Positions 1 through 8,783 of a stretch of DNA of 64,000 nucleotides are shown in pieces. Position 1 is the first letter of the stretch. Each line of letters starts with the position of its first letter. A model generated the notes under the pieces. The model was not told where the DNA came from. It did no database searches and worked only from the letters and a program-made list of their open reading frames with translations. Position numbers and translations under genes: made by a program. Source of the DNA: an uncultured delta proteobacterium (lineage in GTDB: Bacteria > Desulfobacterota > Binatia > UBA9968); contig CAVTUQ010000002.1 of assembly GCA_963737905.1 (NCBI GenBank), positions 256,001-320,000 on the forward strand, read 5' to 3'.

Positions 1-1
1 C

Positions 2-379
2 GCTAAAGGCTTAGAGAGCGCCTTTCAAACCGCAAAGCAAAAGCAGGTCAACGCGATTATGGTGACCGCCGGTCGCACCATTTTTGGCGAACGAAAGCGG
101 ATCGTCGAGCTTGCTGGCAAATACCGTTTGCCGGCCATTTACTTCCAGAAGGAGTTTGTCGATGAGGGCGGGCTGATGTCCTACGGGGTGGATTTCGATG
201 ATCTCTATCGGCGCGCGGCTGTTTACGTGGACAAGATTTTGAAAGGTGCAAAACCGGCTGATTTGCCGGTGCAGCAGGCAACCAAGTTTGAATACGTCAT
301 TAACCTTCAGGCGGCGAAACAGATCGGTCTGACACTCTCGCCGGAATTTCTCTCGCGGGCGAATCGGGTGATTAAATAG
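2..379 (+). CDS. ABC transporter substrate-binding protein (ABC_sub_bind/TrpX-like family), 5'-truncated by the window edge
   Basis: The frame is open from position 2 (AKGLESAFQTAKQKQVNAIMV...). It carries the family C-terminal motifs GGLMSYG, YVDKILKGAKPADLPVQQATKFEYVINL and AKQIGLT...RANRVIK. Confidence 0.9.
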   Translation, partial: AKGLESAFQTAKQKQVNAIMVTAGRTIFGERKRIVELAGKYRLPAIYFQKEFVDEGGLMSYGVDFDDLYRRAAVYVDKILKGAKPADLPVQQATKFEYVINLQAAKQIGLTLSPEFLSRANRVIK

Positions 380-538
380 CCCAAAGGCAATGGGCAACGA
401 GAATGATGCGGTAGAATACTTTTTTCGAGTGACAAGGGGAGTGTTGGGAGGTCGAAGTCCACTCGATTCGGCACTTTTAAGGAATGTCTGGGGCCTGATA
501 TATTTGAGTTTGTCGGGCAGAACGTAACGCGACGCAGA

Positions 539-564
539 TACTTCAGTCAGTCGAAATTGAAGTA
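539..564. promoter_or_regulatory. Inverted repeat upstream of the TA operon; candidate antitoxin operator
   Basis: TACTTCA-N12-TGAAGTA is a perfect 7-bp inverted repeat 15 nt upstream of the antitoxin start codon. Confidence 0.35.
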
Positions 565-579
565 GAAGGAATCGTAGTC

Positions 580-795
580 ATGGCTAAAGCCGCCAAGCGA
601 CCAAATGGAAACTACATCGAAGCTGGTTACAAGGATAAAATTGTTTTCAGGCGTAAGAAGTCGCTTAAAGCTAGTCGTACTGTCGTGGCAAGCTGGCGGA
701 GAAGCCAGGGCCTTTGGGCCGCGCATCCTGTGTTCCAGGGTATGACCGTTCGAGAGGTCGTCGAGTGGCTCAGGGGCGAGGACCGTGGCGTTTAA
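580..795 (+). CDS. Putative type II antitoxin (VapB-like)
   Basis: 71-aa basic ORF with an AAGGA RBS that overlaps the start of a PIN-domain gene. The C-terminus (GLW...VVEWLRGED) resembles VapB tails. Confidence 0.6.
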   Translation: MAKAAKRPNGNYIEAGYKDKIVFRRKKSLKASRTVVASWRRSQGLWAAHPVFQGMTVREVVEWLRGEDRGV

Positions 796-1228
796 GATTA
801 GCCGCGATTCAAGCGTCATCATTTCTCACCTGTCAGGCGATATTCACAAAGACGACGTGCTTGCCTGCGTCGATCGGTTAGCATCGAGCAGAGTCGAGGT
901 ATTCATGTCGCTGGTCTGCTACGCCGAGGTATGGACTGGGATTGAGCTACAAGCCAAAGACAACGCGGCCCGCGCGGCAGTGGAACTACAGCGGTTACTC
1001 CAGGCAAGTGGCATCATGCTAGTTGCCGACAACGTCTCGATTGCTCGGGACGCGGCCAGAGCCCAGGCCGACTACAGACGTCACGGCGGTCGTCGCGAGG
1101 TCTTGATTCCGGATTTTCTAATCGGAGCCAATGCGGCCCACTATTCAGGCCGTTTGCTCACCACCAATCCCCGGGACTTTTTTGGAAATTTTCCTCGGCT
1201 CAAAGTGGTTACGCCAAAACTTTCTTGA
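785..1228 (+). CDS. vapC: PIN-domain ribonuclease toxin (VapC family)
   Basis: 147 aa with the PIN pattern DSSVII, YAEVWTG, IPDFLIGANA and LLTTNPRDF. Confidence 0.85.
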   Translation: MAFKISRDSSVIISHLSGDIHKDDVLACVDRLASSRVEVFMSLVCYAEVWTGIELQAKDNAARAAVELQRLLQASGIMLVADNVSIARDAARAQADYRRHGGRREVLIPDFLIGANAAHYSGRLLTTNPRDFFGNFPRLKVVTPKLS

Positions 1229-1258
1229 CCGAAGGCGGTGTTTAAGAATCATCAATTC

Positions 1259-1339
1259 TTCATAAGACTGAAAACCGTCAAACAGATTGGAGTGACGATT
1301 CCGCCGAATGTATTGGTAAGAGGGGATAAGGTCATTAAA
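1259..1339 (+). pseudogene. Remnant of the 3' end of another ABC_sub_bind gene
   Basis: Translates as FIRLKTVKQIGVTIPPNVLVRGDKVIK, paralogous to the end of the 2..379 gene (VINLQAAKQIGLTLSPEFLSRANRVIK). It has no start or upstream portion. Confidence 0.75.
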
Positions 1340-1501
1340 CAATTTTGGATTGGGCTTGGGGCGACAAAAACATGACCAAAACATTTTCGAGCCGACTTCC
1401 GGCCTCTTCGTCCGACAATCGGAAATCTATGAATCGTAAAATCAATTTTCCCGCCAACGGCTTTCTCACTTCTCACTGATGCTCTCGCGTCCGCGTCTCA
1501 C

Positions 1502-1784
1502 GGCCATCTGTAGGCACGCTGAGTAGCGATATTGCTTGCCGGGGATTTTGTTATTCGGCGCCGTCATAGAATTTACCGAGACGTCGCGGGGATCGCTTCG
1601 AGTTGTGATCTAAGGTAGCGGCGTATCTCCGGTTATCCCGGATGAAGGCACGAATCATCTACTATTGAATCGAGAAGTGGGTGCCTCATAAGCGGTGCCA
1701 GTTCCATCGAGCTGCGCTTCAGGTTCAAAGCGAACCACCATAACGCCTGCGTTTAGCAGTTCGTCGGTATCAAATCCGGGGCAT
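1502..1784. repeat. Diverged direct repeat, copy 1 (copy 2 at 4376..4660)
   Basis: Aligned by eye from GGCCATCT to GGGCAT over about 285 bp, with many substitutions and a few indels. Confidence 0.9.
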
Positions 1785-1786
1785 GT
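1655..1786 (-). pseudogene. 5'-truncated paralog of the small hypothetical gene at 4531..4821
   Basis: TCPGFDTDELLNAGVMVVRFEPEAQLDGTGTAYEAPTSRFNSR* versus KCPGFDTDELTKAGITVFRFEPEAQLDGTGTDHEAPTSRFETR*. The 5' half is replaced by a degenerate GTTCAA repeat. Confidence 0.8.
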
Positions 1787-1960
1787 AGGACCGCTCCAAC
1801 AGTTCAGGCCGTTCTAGTGCGTTCAATTGATCTCGATTCCCGGATCATCAAGCTGACCGTCTAGTTTTGCTTTCTTTTTGGTTTATTTTTTCCCGCGCTC
1901 CCGCGGTTTGACGCCGCCTCTGATCATCTGATATCGAGGCGACAAAAGGAGGTAGAAAAT

Positions 1961-3001
1961 ATGGCTCGGACAGAACAAGGCCTAGGGAGCCGGCAAAGAC
2001 AACGTCGGATTTGGCTTGCTGTTATTTTTACCTTCTTTGCTTTTCCACTCTCCGGCGCCGCGCAGGTCGACGGAAAACCGGAAAAAAGCGACTTTACGAT
2101 CTCCTATACCCAGGCGAGCGGCGCATTCACTCCGTTGTGGGTCGCACAGGAAGCCGGTATTTTTAAAAAACACGGTCTCGATGTAACCTTAAAGCTTCTC
2201 AACTCACAAGTCGCAGCCCAAGCACTGATCGCCGGCGAGGTCGATGTGATTTCGGTGGGTCCGGAGTTTGTCAATGCGCGGCTGAAAGGGGTTCCGGTCA
2301 AATACATCGGTGCCACCTTGCAACGATTTATCTTTCAACTGTGGGGAGCTAAGGGTACCAATACAGTTGCCGACCTCAAGGGCAAGACCGTCGCCGTGAC
2401 AACTCCCCGGACCTCGACTGAAATCGCCACACGCGAGGCGCTCAAGAAAACCGGTGTCATCTCGGATAAAGATGTGAGTTTCATCTACGTGCAAACCATT
2501 CCCGCCGTCCTGGGTGCGGTGCTGGGCGGTAAGACCTCCGCCGGGACCCTGTCTGCGCCGAACACACTGAAGGCGCGCGACGCCGGGCTCAATCTTTTGG
2601 TGGACATCGCCCAAGTGAACGTACCGGGCCTTCATCTCGCTTACGGCACTACCGAAAGGGTCATCAAAACCAACCCGAACTCGCTTTATGCGTTTCTCAA
2701 GGCCATCGCGGAAGCCACGGTCCTGTCGAAACAGAATCCTTCTGTGGCCAGGAAGGCGATCGCTAAATACACCAACACGGACGACTCCAAGATGATCGAC
2801 GGTACCTATGACCAATTCTCGCCCTATTGGGACGCGAACCTCGCCGTTCAGAGCGACCCAATTCAGGGGCAATTGATCTATCTTGACGAAAAAGAGTTTC
2901 CGCGCGCCAAAGATGCTCACCCCTCGGATTTTATCGACAACTCCTTCGCGGAGAGTCTAAAAAGCTCGGGCTTCTTACAGTCCCTGGGTCTGACAAAGTA
3001 G
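1961..3001 (+). CDS. ABC substrate-binding protein, NMT1/SsuA/TauA-like
   Basis: AAAGGAGG RBS, N-terminal signal peptide, and motifs PLWVAQEAGIFKKHGLDV, DLKGKTVAV and DFIDNSF. Confidence 0.85.
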   Translation: MARTEQGLGSRQRQRRIWLAVIFTFFAFPLSGAAQVDGKPEKSDFTISYTQASGAFTPLWVAQEAGIFKKHGLDVTLKLLNSQVAAQALIAGEVDVISVGPEFVNARLKGVPVKYIGATLQRFIFQLWGAKGTNTVADLKGKTVAVTTPRTSTEIATREALKKTGVISDKDVSFIYVQTIPAVLGAVLGGKTSAGTLSAPNTLKARDAGLNLLVDIAQVNVPGLHLAYGTTERVIKTNPNSLYAFLKAIAEATVLSKQNPSVARKAIAKYTNTDDSKMIDGTYDQFSPYWDANLAVQSDPIQGQLIYLDEKEFPRAKDAHPSDFIDNSFAESLKSSGFLQSLGLTK

Positions 3002-3220
3002 CGAAACCCACATTCGCTTTTATGCAATTCATGGTCTGGCGCTCTCAACTGGAGTGGCCGTTTCCGCTCCAGCGTTTTGATTCGAGACTGCCGATTAAGC
3101 AGAAAACTGCATTCATGCGTATTTGACAATTCGAGAAGGAGTACGAGAGAAGCAGGTATCCACCGTAGGACGGTGAGAATCGCAAGACTTGCGAAATTTT
3201 GAATTTGAGGAAAACGAACC

Positions 3221-4231
3221 ATGATTATCGATATACACGGTCACGTTTCGGCTCCAACCGAATTATGGGCATACAAGGCGAACTTACTCTCGGCCCGCGG
3301 CGCTCACGGGCGTGGGGGCGTCAACGTATCGGATGACGACATCCGTGCTGCGGCCAATCGCAAAGAAAACTGGGCGAAGGGCCATCTGGATTACATGCGC
3401 GACCACGGCACGGACGTCCAGCTCATTTCCCCCCGGCCGTTTCAATTAATGCAGTCGGAAAAGCCGGCGAAGCTCGTCCACTGGTTCACCGAGGAATGCA
3501 ACAACATCATCCACCGCCAGATGAAACTTTTCCCCGGCAAGTGGATCGGCGTCTGCGCCCTGCCGCAAACGGCAGGCGATCCGATTCAGAATGCGATTCC
3601 CGAGCTCGAACGTTGCGTGAAGCAGCTAGGTTTTGTCGGTTGCCTTTTGAATCCGGATCCCTACGAAAACAGCGGCACCGAAGCACCGCCGCTCGGCGAC
3701 CGCTACTGGTATCCGCTCTATGAAAAGCTCTGCGAGTTGGACGTACCGGCGCATATTCACGGCACGGGCTCGCGCTCGGAACGGAGTCCGTATTCCGTAC
3801 ACTTCATCAATGAAGAATCCATCGCCGTATTCGGCCTGGTCAACTCGAACGTGTTCAACGATTTTCCCAATCTTAAAATCGTCATCAGTCACGGCGGCGG
3901 CGCGATTCCCTATCAGCTAGGCCGTTTTGAAGCGCCGTCACTCCGTCGTGGAACCGGCGGACGATTTTCGGATGGCATGCGCAAGCTCTACTACGATACC
4001 GTGCTGTATACCGAAGACGCGTTGCGTCTCCTGATCAAGACCGTCGGCATTGACCGATGCCTATTCGGCACCGAGTGCCCCGGCGTGGGGTCTTCCGTCG
4101 ATCCGGCGACCGGCCGTTCCATGGACAACGTAAAACCGATGATCGAGAGCATCGAGTGGCTGAGCGCGTCGGATCGCAAGAAAATTTTCGAAGACAACGC
4201 TAGGGCGGTGTTTAAACTGATGATTGAATGA
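3221..4231 (+). CDS. ligY: Amidohydrolase-2 family protein, LigY-like meta-cleavage product hydrolase
   Basis: MIIDIHGHVSAPTELWAYKA, QLISPRPFQ, LLNPDPYEN, APPLGDRYWYPLYEKLCELD, HFINEE, SHGGGAIPYQLGRFE and YDTVLYTE closely match Sphingobium LigY as I recall it (recall, not a database search). Confidence 0.75.
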   Translation: MIIDIHGHVSAPTELWAYKANLLSARGAHGRGGVNVSDDDIRAAANRKENWAKGHLDYMRDHGTDVQLISPRPFQLMQSEKPAKLVHWFTEECNNIIHRQMKLFPGKWIGVCALPQTAGDPIQNAIPELERCVKQLGFVGCLLNPDPYENSGTEAPPLGDRYWYPLYEKLCELDVPAHIHGTGSRSERSPYSVHFINEESIAVFGLVNSNVFNDFPNLKIVISHGGGAIPYQLGRFEAPSLRRGTGGRFSDGMRKLYYDTVLYTEDALRLLIKTVGIDRCLFGTECPGVGSSVDPATGRSMDNVKPMIESIEWLSASDRKKIFEDNARAVFKLMIE

Positions 4232-4252
4232 GAGTGCGGGCACCGCTTGGGG

Positions 4253-4330
4253 GTTCAAATCGTTCAAGCAGTTCAAGCGTTCAGATCCTCGGGCCGTTCA
4301 AGTTCAAGGTTCAAAGTTCAAAGTGTTCAT
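4253..4330. repeat. Short-period GTTCAA intergenic repeat (family A)
   Basis: GTTCAAATC GTTCAAGCA GTTCAAGC GTTCAG ... GTTCAA GTTCAAG GTTCAAA GTTCAA. Confidence 0.85.
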
Positions 4331-4375
4331 CGAGACTTGGATTCACAGATTATCGATATATCGGCTGTCGTCGAG

Positions 4376-4660
4376 GGCCATCTTTAGGCATGCCAAGTCG
4401 GGATATTGTTTGCCGAAGATCTGTGGTTTGGTGGCGTCATAGGATTTACCGGGACGTCGCGGCAATCGCTTAGAGTTTTGGTCTGACGTGACGAGGATGA
4501 TCTACGAGTTACCCCGGATGAAGGCGCGAATCATCGTGTTTCGAATCGAGAAGTTGGTGCTTCATGATCGGTGCCTGTGCCATCGAGCTGTGCTTCAGGT
4601 TCAAAGCGAAACACCGTAATGCCTGCTTTGGTCAGTTCGTCAGTATCAAATCCTGGGCAT
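4376..4660. repeat. Diverged direct repeat, copy 2 (copy 1 at 1502..1784)
   Basis: See copy 1. It includes the 3' half of the 4531..4821 gene and about 155 nt downstream of it. Confidence 0.9.
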
Positions 4661-4821
4661 TTCTGAATCGTAATGGTTTTTTCTGCAAAATTGCCGCGAC
4701 TTTCGGTGTTCACCAGTGCTTGAATCTGCTCGGGCGAAGGCTCCTGGTTGTGTTCGGCAAAGAAACTTTTTCTCGATTTGGAGCTGGCATGTTTTTTCCT
4801 GTAGCTGACTAAAAAAAGCAT
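4531..4821 (-). CDS. Small hypothetical protein (96 aa)
   Basis: ATG at 4821 is preceded by a perfect AAGGAGGTGA RBS, and the paralog remnant at 1655..1786 conserves the frame. The longer upstream extension in the ORF track is probably spurious. Confidence 0.75.
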   Translation of the reverse strand: MLFLVSYRKKHASSKSRKSFFAEHNQEPSPEQIQALVNTESRGNFAEKTITIQKCPGFDTDELTKAGITVFRFEPEAQLDGTGTDHEAPTSRFETR

Positions 4822-4887
4822 GCAGATCACCTCCTTAGGGTTGCGCTGAGGACTCAAGCCTAGCTTTGTGCGCGCGGATTTTTGCGG

Positions 4888-4903
4888 AGCAAGGGCAGTG
4901 CCA
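4888..4903 (-). promoter_or_regulatory. Sigma-54 (-24/-12) promoter for the 4821 gene
   Basis: The minus strand reads TGGCAC-TGCCC-TTGCT, an exact match to the TGGCAC-N5-TTGCW consensus, about 67 nt upstream of the ATG. Confidence 0.7.
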
Positions 4904-5156
4904 GGATGCCTGCGACAGGACAAATTAGGACACCATGATTTGATCGATGACAGCGTTTCCACCCAAAGCATCGAGCTTGGTTTTGTTTCGTCCACGAGAG
5001 GTTCACCAGAAAACAAATGTGCTGACTGGGCTCGGAGTTCGTATGGGCGAAGGGCGAGAGAGTGGAACCGCTGACGGGCACTTCTAAGGTCAGGGCGGAG
5101 ATTGTCCTCCTTTGGTTCCTCTATGCTAGATTGAAACCAATGAAAGGAATTTGGTC

Positions 5157-5906
5157 ATGACGAATCAAAACTTTTCGAAGCGGACTCCTCGCTATATCGT
5201 TGGAATGATCGCCCTCCTTCTTGTGTTAGCAACATCGACCGGGGCAGTCTTCGGTCAGCCGGCGACCGGCGCGTCCGGAGTAAGGATTGGGATCATCGGA
5301 TCCGGCAACTTAGGCGGCACGTTGGGAACGCTGTGGGTCAAGAGCGGCCATCCGGTGATGTTCTCTTCCCGGCATCCAGAGGAACTCAAAAAATTAGCCG
5401 ACAGTCTGGGACCCTTGGCGCGTGCCGGTACGGTGCGCGAAGCCCTGGCGTTCGGCGACGTTATCTTCCTCGCCGTGCCCTATGCAGCCTATCCGCAGAT
5501 CGGCAAGGATTATGCGCAGGAGTTCAAAGGCAAGATTGTTATCGATGCCGGCAACGCGGTTCCAGCGCGTGATGGCGAGATCGCAAAGGAAGCGCGTGAG
5601 AATGGAATCGGCGCTACGTCAGCGAAGTACTTGGCAGGAGCGCGGATCGTCCGCGCGTTCAACACACTCAACTATCGGCGGCTTGCCAACGCCTCCAATC
5701 GCCCGGAAGCCCGCATTGGCATTCCCATGGCAGGTGATGACAAGGATGCATTGGCGATCGCGTCGACCTTAGTGCGAGATGCTGGATTCGATCCGGTGAT
5801 CATCGGCCCGCTCGAACGGGCAAAAGACTTTGCCCAAGGAGCGCCTTTGTACGGACAAGAGATCACGGCCCAGGAGATGCAACAGCGCGCGAAATCGCTC
5901 CGATGA
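5157..5906 (+). CDS. NAD(P)-binding oxidoreductase, NADPH-dependent F420 reductase-like, with an N-terminal signal/TM segment
   Basis: Rossmann motif IGIIGSGNLGG, plus LAVPY, IDAGN, VRAFNTL and AGDD...AGFDPV. Confidence 0.85.
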   Translation: MTNQNFSKRTPRYIVGMIALLLVLATSTGAVFGQPATGASGVRIGIIGSGNLGGTLGTLWVKSGHPVMFSSRHPEELKKLADSLGPLARAGTVREALAFGDVIFLAVPYAAYPQIGKDYAQEFKGKIVIDAGNAVPARDGEIAKEARENGIGATSAKYLAGARIVRAFNTLNYRRLANASNRPEARIGIPMAGDDKDALAIASTLVRDAGFDPVIIGPLERAKDFAQGAPLYGQEITAQEMQQRAKSLR

Positions 5907-5963
5907 GGCCCTATTCTAAATAAATGGAACTTCAGGCATTCCTGTGAATAGACTCGGAGATTG

Positions 5964-6040
5964 CACCGCGAAGGCGCGGAGTAAAGAGTTCTTGATTAAA
6001 CAATTTCCGATCTCTGCGAACTCGGCGGCTCTGTGGTGAA
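5964..6040. repeat. REP-like imperfect inverted repeat between convergent genes
   Basis: CACCGCGAAGGCGCGGAG ... CTCTGCGAACTCGGCGGCTCTGTGGTG. Confidence 0.55.
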
Positions 6041-6105
6041 TACTTCTTCACAGAAAACCCGGAATAACCAAATAAATAATAGCCGCCTGCGCGCCACTCC
6101 GTGAA

Positions 6106-7212
6106 TTAGTTAGCCTCTGCCTGCGGTTCAGCTCTTGGGTAATTCAACGCGTCGATTTCGAACTTTTTTAGTTCCGGCATGACCTGATCCGTAAAGAGGC
6201 GGAGTGAGTTCATCACTTTCGAATGTTCTAACGCGCCAAAGGCAAATTCACCCAAGAACGTATCGGCACCGGCCTGCAAAGCGATCTTCCGGATCTGCCG
6301 GGTCACGGTCTCAGCCGAGCCGCAGATAAAGGAGCCGTCCGTAATCGAATGGTCGATATCCAGAAGTTCTTTCTTGCGCTCGCCATCGAGTATCGTCGTG
6401 AGATTCTCATGCCCGTACCCGCCGTAGGCTCGGCCACCACCGCGTCGCTGCCAAAAATGGACCCAGTGATCTTTAGCTTCATCGCGGGCTTGCTTGTCGC
6501 TCTCCGCGACATAGACTTCTCGCATCAGTCCGATATGGGGTTTTCCGCCTGACGGCTGGGCGCCTTTGTAAGCATCCCGATAATGGTCGAACGCGGCTCG
6601 AATGACTTTCATCCTTGGCGGCACCCACTGGATCGTACTTACGCCTAAGGACGCGGCCTCCTCGAGGGATTCCCGGCTTCGTGTCGGCATCCAGAGCGGG
6701 GGATGGGGTTTCTGTACCAGCGGAATGCCCAATTCGACATTTTTGCATTTAAAGTATTCACCTTCGTAACTGTAGGATGCGTTAGCCCAGATTCCCTTTA
6801 TCATGCGCAACGCCTCCCAGGCCATTTTTCGTTTTTCGTCCCAAGGCACGACATAGGCGGCGAAGGTGAAAGGCCCTACTCCGGCGCCGAACCCGCACTC
6901 CAAACGCCCTTGAGTCAGGTTATCGAGCAGGGCCACTTCTTCAGCGACCCGGATGGGGTTCCACAATGGCAGGACGTAAACGAGAGGGCCCAAGCGAATT
7001 TTCTTTGTCCGCTGCGAAGCGGCGCCGAGAAACGTCCCGGGACTCGGACACTCGGAGAAGCCCAGGTCAAAGTGATGTTCCGCGACAAAATAAAAGTCCA
7101 GGCCGGCTTGATCGGCGAATTCCAGCGTTTCCAGATGACTTGCGTAAATGTCCGCATAGGAGCGTTCCGGTTTGTCGTTCTTCTGCATGTGGTCAAAGAT
7201 TCCAAGCTTCAT
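6106..7212 (-). CDS. LLM-class (luciferase-like) flavin-dependent oxidoreductase
   Basis: MKLGIFDH, FVAEHHF, RTKKIRLG, NPIRVAEEVALLDNLTQGRLECGFGAG and QKPHPPLW. Confidence 0.9.
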   Translation of the reverse strand: MKLGIFDHMQKNDKPERSYADIYASHLETLEFADQAGLDFYFVAEHHFDLGFSECPSPGTFLGAASQRTKKIRLGPLVYVLPLWNPIRVAEEVALLDNLTQGRLECGFGAGVGPFTFAAYVVPWDEKRKMAWEALRMIKGIWANASYSYEGEYFKCKNVELGIPLVQKPHPPLWMPTRSRESLEEAASLGVSTIQWVPPRMKVIRAAFDHYRDAYKGAQPSGGKPHIGLMREVYVAESDKQARDEAKDHWVHFWQRRGGGRAYGGYGHENLTTILDGERKKELLDIDHSITDGSFICGSAETVTRQIRKIALQAGADTFLGEFAFGALEHSKVMNSLRLFTDQVMPELKKFEIDALNYPRAEPQAEAN

Positions 7213-7224
7213 GGTCGATATCCT

Positions 7225-8217
7225 TCATTTTATCGGCGAGACTTCTTTCTGAATTTCCTGCAACAGGGAGTTGTCGTACATCTTTTCTAACGCAAGCTTT
7301 TTGACCTCGGCGGTTCCTTCTCCGCGAAAATCAACGATCGAGACCAGGCCCTTGAGCGAAACCCAGGGGATGCGTTGCGCATACTCTTTCACGTTTTCCT
7401 TATAAGTCGCGTCCAAGATTTCCGGGTCCGTGGTGCGCGTGTATTTGGCCACTGCTCTTTTGGCGATCTGGGGTTCCTGAATCGCCAGGTCGTAGGCAGC
7501 AATGGTTGCCTTTAGCATCCTTTTTAGCTCTTCTCGTTTGGCGCGGAGCTGAGCTCGCTTGACGATGAAACAGCCGTAGTCGAATGGCAGCCCGATAGTT
7601 TCAGTCGTCATCAACTCTCTAAACCCTAGTTGCTTGGCATTCAAGGAAAGCGGGAGTGATATCGAACCGCCCTGAACCAGGTTTTTTTGCATAGCGGCGA
7701 TGATCTCCTGGGTTCCGCCGACTTGCAAAATAGCCACATCTTTGACGGGCTGGAGCCGGTTTTTTCTCAACAGGTAGCGCGCGACAAAGTCCGAGAACGA
7801 GCCGAAGCGTGATACCCCAACTGCTTTTCCTTTAAGCCCGCTGATGCTGGTGATGGAAGCAGTGGTGAAGAATGATGTTTGTCCCTGATCGTATTGGCAA
7901 CCAATCATGACCAGATCGGCCCCCGCGAGATTGGCATCCACGACGGCACCCGCTGCAGAATACACAACGTCGATGTCCCCGCCGAGCAAGGCCTGAACCG
8001 CCCTCGTACTCGAACCGATGAAGAGGAGTTCCAGCTCTACGCCGTTTTGCTGGTACAAGCCCGCTTCGTGTCCTACCCATAGGATCGTGAAGGTTCCCGC
8101 GAAAGCGGTATAGGCGACACGTAACTTCTCCGCGAATGCCGCCTCGGTGCGCGTGAGGGTGATTCCGATAAGGAAAAGCAGCGTGACCATGGCTCGGGGC
8201 TTTCTGGGATCTCTCAT
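7225..8217 (-). CDS. ABC substrate-binding protein, NMT1/SsuA-like
   Basis: Signal peptide, AEKLRVAY, LKGKAVGVSRFGSFSD and MYDNSLL. Confidence 0.85.
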   Translation of the reverse strand: MRDPRKPRAMVTLLFLIGITLTRTEAAFAEKLRVAYTAFAGTFTILWVGHEAGLYQQNGVELELLFIGSSTRAVQALLGGDIDVVYSAAGAVVDANLAGADLVMIGCQYDQGQTSFFTTASITSISGLKGKAVGVSRFGSFSDFVARYLLRKNRLQPVKDVAILQVGGTQEIIAAMQKNLVQGGSISLPLSLNAKQLGFRELMTTETIGLPFDYGCFIVKRAQLRAKREELKRMLKATIAAYDLAIQEPQIAKRAVAKYTRTTDPEILDATYKENVKEYAQRIPWVSLKGLVSIVDFRGEGTAEVKKLALEKMYDNSLLQEIQKEVSPIK

Positions 8218-8389
8218 CGCTTACCTCTCGCTCGACTTGGCAGTTCCCGTAAATCATGTTTTTCAACGTCTCTGTCAAGGTTCGCGGCGCGGATTTGAAT
8301 TTGGGAGCGTAATCATTTCCCGCTCGACGATCAGGCAAGATCACGAAGTTCAGTCATACATGTGTTCGCCGTAAATTCTTGAAGGTTGT

Positions 8390-8761
8390 TTAAATCATTT
8401 TTCCGACTACAAAGCCGAGAACTACTGCCAGCATCCCCACTAACAGACTCCCAATGATGTTGCCGAATCCGAGCAGGAAACTGCCGTCTTGCAAGAGCCG
8501 AAGTGACTCATAAGTCAAAGTCGAAAACGTTGTGTACGCACCGCAGAACCCGGTGGCGAAGAACAATCGGTAATTGGGGTGGATAAAGGCTCGATCCTGA
8601 AGGAACGCCATGAAGAAGCCCAAAAGTAGGCTACCGCTGATGTTGATAATAAACGTGCCATAGGGAAAATCCGCTCCCAAACGTTGAGCCGCCCAATTGG
8701 CGACTAAAAAGCGCGCGTTGGCGCCCAGAATTCCTCCAATACCGATCATTAGATACTCCAC
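8390..8761 (-). CDS. crcB: Fluoride efflux channel CrcB/FluC
   Basis: GGILGANARF, FPYGTFIINISGS and GFCGAYTTFSTLTYE signatures, with four TM segments. Confidence 0.95.
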   Translation of the reverse strand: MEYLMIGIGGILGANARFLVANWAAQRLGADFPYGTFIINISGSLLLGFFMAFLQDRAFIHPNYRLFFATGFCGAYTTFSTLTYESLRLLQDGSFLLGFGNIIGSLLVGMLAVVLGFVVGKMI

Positions 8762-8783
8762 TCTCTAAGATTCCCCTTTGTCC

